DNA of 64,000 nucleotides from an uncultured Gammaproteobacteria bacterium (GTDB lineage: Bacteria; Patescibacteriota; Microgenomatia; UBA10105; UBA927): assembly GCA_964361785.1 (NCBI GenBank), contig CAYIBX010000002.1, positions 21,160 to 85,159 of the forward strand. Reading direction: 5' to 3'. A program made the translations under genes and the position numbers. The notes below the pieces were generated by a model, which was not told where the DNA came from, made no database searches, and saw nothing but the letters and a program-made list of their open reading frames with translations. Shown piece by piece: positions 15,201 to 27,200 of this stretch. How positions within the stretch are numbered: the stretch's first letter is position 1; each line of letters begins with the position of its first letter.

Positions 15201-18200
15201 CCATCACGAGTTACACAATTGGTAGATAAAGGGATAGAAGCTCTCCAGCAGCCACTTGAGAATAATGCACAAGTAATTGCATTGTTGCAGCAAGTATTAG
15301 ATGAGTTTAAAAAGTCTGGCGGAGTTGTTCCCGTTCAACCAATAAAGACGGTTGATCAGGCAGTGACTGCGTTATCTGATCCTGTAACATATGCAGGAAT
15401 GACAGGATATGTTGGAGATGTTTCTACATTGATGACAGTTGCAATTTCTGCAATGGAAAAAACTTCTCTACTGAAAAAAGAAGCAGCGCAGTTGAAAAAA
15501 GTAGTGCCACTTTTGGAAGCTGGATTTATGCCAGTCGCGCTGTTACCAGCTCACGCAACGCCTGTTTCTACAAAAACTACAACAGAGACTGCGTCAGACC
15601 AATTTGAACGTATTGCGAGAGAGGGTGAGCTAGAGCGCTTACAACTGCTTACAGATTTGCCATTGTTAGGTTTTCAAAAAGGAATTGGTTGTTCGGATTG
15701 CCAAAAATTCGTAGAGAAAATCACGGCATTATTTAAGCATGTTGAAAAATATTCAAGTGCAAAAAATTATAACCTTGTCTTCCGTATATTGGATATTATT
15801 CAAAAAAATATAGATGCAGAACACGACCTACAGCTTGATCCAGACAATCCGGTCATAAAGAATGAATTTGTCTTTACAGCGCTCAATATGTATGTGGCAG
15901 ACAGACGCGTGCAACTTTTGCGTGCGCAGGATGCTACTGCAAATGCGCAAGCGATAGCATTACAAGAATCATTACAAAAGAGATTTAAAAAGGCCTTATT
16001 TGACCGAATTACAGATGTACTTGATGTAAGTAAGACGCCTGATGCAGAGTATAGTAGGCTTACTCCTGATCGTTTGAAACTTAACGCTTTTCAGGCATAT
16101 ATGGACACAGTGGTGCGCGTTGGAATACCTACAGACATTCTATCGGTAGAACAATTTGTAGACACATCACCACCTGTAACCAAGCACGTGTGGCCAACTA
16201 TAGGTGAGTTTGATGGAAAGCAAATACTCGTGCTGACTGATACAGAAGACAATAACAGGCAGGTTGGCTTTCTTGCATTTTCAAGGGTGGGTGAAGACAT
16301 AGTGATCTCACATCTTTTTGTAGACATCGGGTATCGAATGGGAGCAACAAGCAGACTGCTTCAGATGGTACGCGCACTGAACGAAGATGCCAAAAGTATC
16401 CAGTTTGATCCACAAACATTTAGTGCGATAGGGGTAGAAGTAGGGAAAAATGGGGATGAAGATACAAAAGCGCTTATAAAACAGTTGGATGAGTTTGGAA
16501 TACAAAATACGCCAGTGGAGTCTTTGGATGCGCCTCTTATTGCTCCTGTGGTAGCCCAAGCTGCCATAGAAGAACTTCAGGTGGCGATTATGGATGGGAA
16601 ACTGGATCAGAAAGATCTTGATGCGCTTGGTGGGTTGGCGATAGAAGTCTGGAGTGAAGGGCTGAAGACAATAACAGATTATGTCAAAATCATAGTGGAA
16701 AAGCCATTTGTCTACACGGATCCAGATGGTGAAATTACATCGCTTCTTGCAGCCAAAAATGCGCCGAAGAAATCAAGCATGGACATTCAGGCGGATGCGG
16801 TTCGTGCCGCGTATCTGACCGAAGACGCAAAAGATCTCACGGCTTTCGGGACTCTAAAGAAATTATTTTCTATGGATACTGTATTTGCATCATGGGTAAG
16901 AGCGATAGAAGGGGGAGACACCTTTGCTCCAACGAGAACCCAAAAGGAACTTACAAATTTTGCATCGACACTTGTGGATATGTGGTTGGTTGAAGGCCGT
17001 AAGACTATTACGGATCTTAACGCGATAGATACACAAGCCCAAAAGGCTGCCAAGATCATAGTAAAAGACTTACGCGCTCTTATAGATCCAAAGGGCGATC
17101 TACCGATGAGTGAGACAAAATTGTTAGAGGTTCTTTCTACGCTGACTGGAAAGACTACTTTTGATACTCTTGAACAATTTGTTACCTACTTACTTATTGG
17201 AGATGAAAATTTGAAGGCAGATCTTGATTTGCGGTTATCAACTGCAGCTCAAATAGCAAGTAATGTGAGAAGTTCTTTGACTACGGGAATAATTGCTCAA
17301 ATGTTACCTACGATTTATAAGGTGCAACAAGATATACAGGCTGTACCTGTGGGAGCGACTGAAGCTGATTCAACGACAGCGTTATTGTTACAAACCATCA
17401 CAAACTATAACAAAATTGCACCAAAGAACTTTCGATATGTAGAGGCAGATCGGGTTATTCTCAATTCTATACAAGATCGTATCAATGCATTCGTTTTGTT
17501 TTTGAGAACAAATAACGTGTGGAATGGTGAAGAATCTATACCTGCTCCAGAAAATGTACAAAGTCTAAAAGTTCCTGGATTTTTTCGTTTAGCGTCGTTA
17601 GTGACGAGACCGTCAGTACTACTGCCATCGTTGGAAGAAATGGATAGTAGTCAGTCATTTAACGCAGCTATCAGACAAGCATTTTTTGCAGGAGTAGCGC
17701 CAGTAGTAAATCCAATAATTGAACTTGGAGCCGTACGATCTATGAGTATGTTGCGGAAATTAGACGCAATTGAAAATCTTTTTTTAGCTGCAAATGAAAT
17801 TGTGTCCGACCGACAACTTCGAGTGCTTGCTTTACAAGGCGCATCAGATATAGCGCTTGAGGAGCGAATATTCAATCTTCTCGATACAACATGGCAACTG
17901 ACTCCTGAAGAGTTTACAGATGCAGGGACGGATAGATCCTCGTGGATGACACAAGTAATTGCAGCCGTTCGCCAAACGTACGCCACAGAGCGATTGGCAC
18001 AGATAGAAAAAGAAGATCAGGAATTACAAGCAAAACTTGATACATTTTTTGCAACCTTAGACGTACAAGAACAAAAGCGTTTACAGATAATCGTAGATCA
18101 AGAGGAAAAATTGAGAGCTGCAGAAAAAAGATCTGTTCAGCGAGAGGAACTTCGACAACAAATAGCAGAACGTAGGGCACAAATATCACCACTCGTGCAA

Positions 18201-21200
18201 GGATTACAGTCTCTTGCTGACCGTATGGCTCTATTCCCATCATCAAACACCACTCGCATAGCAACGAGAGCGCTAAAAAGTGTACTCAATACAGCAGGGT
18301 TGTCGGTGACAAAAGAGACTCCATTAGCACTTTTAGAAGAGCTTGGGAAGCTACGTGGATTACCAAAGGATTTGGAAAAATTAGAAAAAATATCAGAGGC
18401 ACTACTCGCGTTTGAACAAGCGTTACAATCGCAGCGGCCTATATATGAGCGTCAGGTGACGAAAAAATTCAATGCTATTGTCGAGAAAGCAATACGAGAT
18501 GAGATTGCCACGCAAGTCGCTCGCAATACGCCACATCTTGCTATAGATAGGCAAATAGAAGAGTCTGAAAAAGAGACAGAGTTGTTGTTGGAGCTGGTTA
18601 GGTTGAGAGCAGAACAAGCGAGACTCGCTGATTTTCAAGGAATACTTGATGTGGAAGCGGAAAAATTAGCAGAGGCCGACAAATTAGTTCTCAATCCTAG
18701 CTTGATAGGGAAGGCTTTGGAGTCACCGAAAGATGATGATAACGTGAAAAGAATTGTTCTCAATGGAAGTGCTTCTCAATTACACTTACAAGTGCTTCGA
18801 AGAATAGGTGGAGGGGCAGAAGGAGTTGTTTATCTCGTGGAAGTGTTATCTGATTCGCAACGAAACGATGTCCCTCAATATATAGCCGCAAAAGTATTGC
18901 TAGATACCAATTCTATGGAGCCAATGTTGGCAGAAATGGTCTATGAAATAGTGGAAGCAAATGAAGATGCAGACTTGTTTGTTGATACAAATCATCACTA
19001 TGTCTATGCAAATTATTCCAATTTAGAAGATGGAGTGGTTCTTATGGAATATATTCCTGGGAAATCCATTTATGATTCACAGTTAAGTATTAAGGATATA
19101 GAAATAGCACTAGCAGAATATGTTCATTATTTATATTTATTATCTCAACAATCTATAGTGAATATGGATCCTAAAATGGAAGCGACGTATTGGGATGAAT
19201 CTGCAAAAATGATTCGAATATTAGATGTGGGTGGGATGCGATATGTTGAATTAACTACCGAAGAATATGCTGAAGTTTATAAAGAAGATAAACCAGATGC
19301 GGTTACGATTGCTAAAAAAATGAACAGCGCAATAATGGCAATCCCGAATATATTTGAAAGCCAATTGTTAGACGAGAGAGGAAATTATAATGGATATTTA
19401 TATGAAAAAGCTAAGTTGCGAAAAGCAATGGTGGATCAATTTATTACAATATTGTCTAATCGAGGTGCAGCGCTTACCAATGAACAAAAACAACAAATTA
19501 AGCAGTTAATAAACTCTGATCAGTTTAAAAATGAAACTAAATTTTATAAATATATATTTCTTAAATCATTTGGATTACTCGAGGAGAAAAATTCACGTTT
19601 TTCACCTGCATGGTATCGAGAGTTTCTTTTTGATATTCGTTCTCAAGCTTTAGATAAGAGTGTTTTGCCTCCATCGCTTCAGTTTACTTATACTGCTCAG
19701 GAGGGTGTCCAATCTCTTGAAAGAATAGATAAATATACCGTAATTAATTTGGATATAGACAAGTCAGATGATAAAAAAAGTTCAGTCTTGCAAACAGAAC
19801 AGATGAAAGCGATTGTGCAATCAGTCATCAAATCCTTTGCTACACGGTTTGGATTGGTTACTGGTCAAGAAAAGATTGTGGATGATGCAGTAAAGATTGT
19901 GAGTCAAGCAGGATTGGCGGCGACATTACCAAGCGTGAAGATGATTACAGATGTGCTGGATGCGAGTACAGAGTGGGAAGCGACACAACCATTAATTGCT
20001 AAACAATTTGATGGGATTACCAACCAAGCCCAACTTCTAGCTATTTACGTTCGTGTTGCATTAGCAGTTGATGTGAGCCATATCAAATTAGTTCCTACTG
20101 TACTAACTCAAACACAATTAGCCATCGAGGCGTTAGAGAAAAATACGAGTCTTCCAAAATTGAAACAAAAATATACGTCCTCTGATGCATTCCTCAAAGA
20201 TCCTCAAGTTACACAAATAATTCAAATCGCACTTTTTAACGCGCTTCTTGGCAAAGATGTTACAGAAAACGAACTCACAAATCTTGCCTTGATTGATACG
20301 AAATTTGGCATAAATAGTAAAGAATTTACCATTCTTATTAACTTTGTTGGGGAGTATGTTTTTAACCTACCCAAGAAGAATGGGGCGACACCACCAGAAG
20401 GAGATGGAGCGCGGGGTGGAGGCGTGAAGACTAGTGGAGAAGGAGGATTGACTGCATTAGAAATTGCTGCGGCAAAATTAGCAGAGAAAAACAAACTTCT
20501 CCTTCAACTTGAAGAAGAAATGATAGCATTTGAAAAATCGAATGTGGCAAAAGACAAAGCGAAGAGGGAAGCTATAACCTCTCTGGTTATCAAGATTCAG
20601 AAAGAGGAGAAGGCTCAGGAAGAACAATTTGCCAATTTTGCAAATGCTGATTTAGCCAATCGTATCGCAGAAACATTAACAGACAAGCGGCTTGCAGAGT
20701 TCCTTACTACACCATTGGGTCAACTCGTTACCCTTGACAGTAAGGCGGTCGATCAGAGCACGTTGACTGTGAATATTCGAGATGTCCATGCGCTTCTTGA
20801 GAACCTTTCTCAACAACAAAATGTCCAAGAAGCACAGCGATTTAAGTTAGCACTCTCTCGAATGGATGAAATGCTTCGTCTCCAAGATGAACGGATAAAA
20901 GAAGAACTTAGGTTTCAAAGGATAGCAGAAGAGAGCGCTGAAAAGACTGCATTTAACAATGGTATTGCTCAAATTTCTCAAGTAGTTCAGGTTCAACAAC
21001 AAAGGGTATTACAAGAGCTATTACGAAAGAACCAACGCACAGAAGAGTTACAAGCAAAAATTTTATCTGTATTAATTATGGCAACGGGAAATGAAAACGC
21101 CATAGCAAAAGCATATCGTGGAGGAGTGGGGATAGACAAATTGAGGCAAGAAATCAAGCGTTTATTGAATGCAAACAAGTTGACCGACAGACTGCTTACC

Positions 21201-24200
21201 CAGTATGAAACCGGCTCTACTCAGGATACGCTTATAGAAGAGATGCTTCTTGTTCTTGATGAACTGTATCAAGAATATCGTGATGTAGTGCTTACGAATC
21301 CGCAGTATCAATCAACGCTTTCGTTTAAAAAACAGGTTAAAAAGAATGTAGAAGAGGTGCTCTCTCTCACCTCAGGTCAGGCAATTCGCATAGCACAACA
21401 AGTGGAAAAAGATGCACAGTCGTTAGACTCAAAGTCCCAAAAGGATGACCTGAGGTCTTTTGCACAGGATTTGACAGTTCGCGCGAGGCTACAGGCTGTC
21501 GCAGCAGAAGTACTTGCAGATGAAAAAGTAGGAAATGCCTATATTGGGAATATTGATGATCTAACTGTTCGTTCACTTATTTTTGATGCCATTATGTCGC
21601 GATTAGGTGAAAATGCGGAAGAAATATTTGCGGACGCAGGGACAACACTTCAGGATATGAGTTTTGAAATCTTCGGTAACCTCGATGCAAAATACAGGGA
21701 AAGTAGAGCTTCCGTGAGAAAACGACAGGATGAGGCATGGAGACTGTCTATTTTTAATGTGCAAAAAACCACAGTGGTTGAGCGAGTTCAAACGCTCATG
21801 GGAGTCACACTTCCAGAAGCAGTAAATCTGGCTCCCATTGACGTTGCCTCGTTTATTTTAAGAATTTCTCGAGATAGAGGCACTATTGGACGATACAGGA
21901 AAAAATTAGAAAAACGATTGATGGTCGATAGTCGCATTCATGAGATGTTAGTTCAGGGAAACGGTATAAGTGAGGCTACTGAAGCGGTGAGAGATTTTAT
22001 ACATGAGACGTATCCTGAGTATCGCGCATTAGGGGTGGTTAATGATACATGGATTGATGACGTGGTAAAAACACTAAGAAAAAATACAGAAAAGGAGCGG
22101 CTTGTCTATTTGAGACAATTAGCAGCTCTTCGAAAAAAAGAGCAAGCGGAAAATGCGACAGCTGCTAAGCAGTCAGCAATAGAACGAACGAAAGAACAGC
22201 GGCTTAATGAGTTTAACGTCATGTTGGAGTCGATACAGAAAATTGGATGGATTGCATTTGAGAAAAACAATTATGAAGCAATTCCTGACATATTACGCAC
22301 CACCCTGTTTAGACCGGATGAGTATGATTCTCTTCGATTTCCAGAATTAGCTGTGTTAGACGATATCATTAGTCGGTTTGTATCGAATGCGATACAAAAT
22401 GGAAACGTTAATAATTTGCAATGGAATATAGCAGAAAATGAATTGTTTAAAAATTCTCTTTTTGTTGATCAATATGTGACAAGTGCTGAGCGAACAGCGG
22501 CTATAGAAATTATGAGATACCTTTTTGCCGTGCATGTACAGACTGAACTCAATGATCTTAAACGAACCTTAATACAAAAAAATCCTGTCAAGCAGTCTGG
22601 TGCAGTATATGCAGTGTTGGATTCCTTAAGGTTCGTCTCTTTTAAGCTCAATAGTATTAAGTCATCCAGAGACGGTTTGGTGTTTAACAGATTTGTTTCA
22701 AAAACTGATGTAGCTGCGATGTTTTTGTCAAAGTCTTTATTTGTAACGTTTGATCCGTATGTTCATCAAGAGGTAGGTAATGAGTCGATGATAGTGTATG
22801 TGGGACGAGAACGTGTGTCGATAAGAACAGATGAAAAACGAGATATTCGTTTACCTAACGGAAACATTGCCATAGTGAGCCTGAAACGCATGTTTTCGAA
22901 ATCGTATGAAGTATCTATTACAACAGGAAATAATACCGTCATGATTCCAATTCACTACGAAAAAGCACTTTCTTCTTATTTACCACAGCAGAAAAAAGCT
23001 CCTTGGGGAGCATATGTTTTTGCGGGCATTATGTTGGCAAGTGTCGTAGTTGGATTTCTAACTTTTGGAGGTTCTGTGCCGTTCACATTAGGTCTTCCGA
23101 TGATTGGTGGATTATTGATGACTGGCATCCTATACACGCCAAATCTATCAGCGTTTATTCATCCCACTGAGTGGTCTCAATTGCCTGATTCCTCAGCATA
23201 TACGACAGAAAAAATGCTCGCAGCAGCACCAGTAGTTCCTGTTACACAATCAAGTGTAGCAAATCAGACTGATCGATTAGCTACCGTTAAGATTCAAACG
23301 CAAGGGGTTGCACGGCCAGCAGGGGGCTCCAGTAGTGTTGTCACGGATACTGCACAAGTTGTATCAACTAACGTTAACGAACAACTAATGAAAAATCGTG
23401 ATCAACAAGTCACACTCATTCGATCATCAGCCCTATCATTTGCTACTACAATACAGTCAATAGCACAGGCGTATGTGGGCATTGAATTATCTGAATCTGA
23501 AGCAGATGACCTAGTGTTAGTTTCGCAGGATATCAATACTCTTTCTTCAGTAGATGCAATTGACGTCATAAAAATAACCGAACGAGTTAATTCGTTCATC
23601 GCAACGCCCCTTGGTCAAAAGACTATTGGTCTCATGCAACACGTAAGTCAAGCAGACTCTGTGCGGGCAAATAATTATTCCAATATGAATACTTCAATTG
23701 AGGCGATGAGTTCTGATATTTCTCAGCATTATTTTGGTGGTACTCAAGGAGTCGTGGAGATGAGTGTAGTGAATTTGGATACAGGCGAAACATTTGGGAC
23801 TCAACAACAAACAAAAGTTCAAATGAAATCTAATCTAAATATAGTACAAGTTTATGTGTTGATATCTTTGCTTGAGCAGCAAGGTCATACAGGTGCCGAA
23901 TTATTGTCATTTACACCAGAGGGAATAGGAGGCCTGACTGTTCAGCAAATTATAGACACGTTGTTAACAGAGCATCAAGATTTAGAAGGTAAGATAGCAG
24001 CAAAGCTGCGGATATATTTAAGTGACCCTTCTAGAGAAGAAGCTGTCACTGCTTCTTTATCAAAGACGGGACTTCTTAACACTGATTTAAAGACAAGTAC
24101 TTCAACTGTATCTGATATTTCTACATTTTGGGCATTTGTAAATACAAATGGATTTCCAGATGATGCAGCTTCAAAAGCTATTGTTCGTGCTCTTACTACT

Positions 24201-27200
24201 ATTAATAAGGAAGATGTGAAATCTCGAGCCTTTTCTTACTATAAACAGGATGGACAAGGGCTAGCACTTCCCCTGATGTATTACTCACGAGCGTTTGATC
24301 CCAATGATGCAGATTCAATGAAGCCGATGTTTAAAAATGGTCCGATAGAGACGCTTAATACAAAGGATCCGTTTGTGATAAATATGTTCTCATCAAATTC
24401 GGACTCATCCACAAATAAAGCGACTGTCAATAATAGCGGTATCGTGCAGCTACCAAATGGTCAAAGATATGTCATAGTAATGTCCTTGACCGGTACGATA
24501 TCAGAGCAATCAAACGGCTTTGGTTTTAACGTTTGGGATTTGGAAGATGAAACGACGCATCTGGCAAATATTGCGCATATGTCTTTTGATGCAGGCATGG
24601 CACAAACATATGCTGACAAGACGCAAACTAGCACTGCATATTTTGACGCTAAGGCTACAATAGGGTGGGGAAAGTTAAATAACGTTGCTGATACGGCAAG
24701 TAGAATTAATGGAACTATAATTGAACCAGGCAAGGCTGTAGATATCGCGGCCCTTGCATGGGGATACGATTCAGGTGGAAATCATCACATTAGTTATCAT
24801 GGTGAAATTGGTAGCGGCATGTGTGCAGATGCTTCTACATTAGGTGATGCCATAGATGGATACGGCAATCCTCAAGTGCGTGTATTGGAAGGGACGGCAC
24901 ATCATGATCCATCGATTCATGTTCCGTTTAACCCAGGGATGTATGGCAATATCGCTAATTATTCGTTTAGCCCTGGAAATTCTTATAATATTGCAAATGA
25001 GACTGATAAGCGGTTAAAAATAGTATACACGAGTAATTATTTTACTCTTGACGAGAGTAATCCTGAAAATGTTACGTTAAATTCATGGTTTGCACAGAAC
25101 GGATATGTTTTAGGAAATAATTCACCCAATGATCCACATAATGGGGATTATCCAAATGCACTAGATGTGCTGGGTGAAGATGCATTTACTGTGACTGCAT
25201 GGGTGCTTGAAGTGGATGAGCAGGGTAATCCGATTGCAAATGCGCCAGCCAATGCGTCATATTTTGCTTCAATAAATAAGGCTTCTACGCTTGTGGATGT
25301 AAACACAATCCAGAGCGTGAAAGATATAAATAATGCAATAGCAAGTCTTGATTTGATCAACCAACAATTACAAAAAAATCCAATAGAGACAGAAGGCACC
25401 ATTGAATCAAAACAACAAGTTGACTTAACCAATAATGAGGTGACGAAATATTCTCCTACAGAGCCGTATGATGCTATCATTCCTCAAATTGCAAACATGA
25501 GTATTGATATACCAGAGTCGTATGTACCTGAAGATATCGCAAATTTAGCAGATCGAGCGAATATATATTCGTCGTCTTCTGTGCAAAGTAAATCAATAAA
25601 GACCCCTAGTTTGAATCCAACACTATTGGCAACTATTGTCTCATCTGGTCCTATATTTATGACCCCGCTGGGAGAGAGGATTATTCAATATAATAACGCG
25701 TATTATAACGCAGATACGGGCGAGTTTATTACTAATAATCCTCAGGATATGTTTGTGCAAGTATCTAATGCAAGCATGTTTAATTTTTCGTTGAAAGCTC
25801 CTACAAAACCAAATACTATTGTGGATGAAAAAGATTTACAAAGTAAAGAGTGGAAGGGGCTCATAAATTCCATTGATGCAGAACTCTATGTGATTGGCGC
25901 AAAGGAGAATAAAGATTTTTCAAGAGAAACCATTATACAGATATTTAAGTCTGGTACGACTGAACAAAAAATAGACGCACTAAACGCAATTCATTTAGCT
26001 CTTGCGATTGTCAACCCATACACACAGGACGATAAGACCATGGTTTACGACAAGTACGGTTCATATCACCTCACTGATTTAATTGGAAAAGGGACTTGTA
26101 TGGAGCAAACTGTATTGGCACAGATATATTTATCGTCACTGCAGATATCTTCTGTTGCAACGGAGACTGTTACGACAGGATTTTCTGCAAATGAAGAAAA
26201 GAAAAGCACGTTTGCTCATGCATTCGTAACAGTGGTCATTGACGGTGTACGATATGCGATTGAGTTTTCAAGTGAAGCATACGTTCGTCCAGCAGATACA
26301 ACATCAAATATAGAATATCTGCGTCAAGCATATCCAAACTACACCATGGCGAGTCGAGAATATGCGCTTCGATCAAATACGAAAGATACAAAAACCGTAT
26401 ATAACGTTGTGACACTGCCACTCGATGTCTATTTGCGAAATATTTACTTGGATAATAAAAAAGACGCAGGAGTAACGGATATTCAACTAAAGATATTTGA
26501 ATACGGTGTCGGGAAGATGTTTGCACCAATTTCAGAAGTGGATACAGTAAAAATAGAGCAGTATAAACAAGCTATATCACAATTTGGTCACACAGAATTT
26601 ATTCGTTTTGTACTAGCTAACGAATGGCTACAAGGTCGTATTTTAAACGATATGAAGAGACAAATGGAGGCATTTCGTTCAGGATTCAGTTTAGCGACTC
26701 TCAAAACGCGAGCAACAACTATCTCTACACGTTTAAGAACGACTTTTTCTCGATCCGTTAGTTCCATAAGAATGCGTTTTACAGGATTATTTGTTCGATT
26801 AACTTCAGCCCAACGGCTTACTGTTTCAGATTCTATAGGAACGCATAATAGAGTAAATCAAGAAGTGGTCACTTACAGTGTGCGCGATCAGAGGAATATC
26901 ACAACACAGATTCAGGGTGAATTTGCTTCGGAGTTGTCCTTTGTGAAACAAGTTGAAAAGGAGCGTGTACAGGTGAAACAAGCAAATATTTCCGTATCAA
27001 GCTCTATAGCGAAAATTATCAATGATTTTTCGACATTATCTCCTGATGTTATTAATTCTGATTTGGAAGCATTATATGCGCGCGCCACAGTCGTGTTTGA
27101 ACGTGTATTATCGGATAAAAAAGGCATAAATTCATTTACCGACGCTCAGATCATAGCTATCGTCAGAGCGCTAATGCATGGTGGAAATATTGCGATAGAA

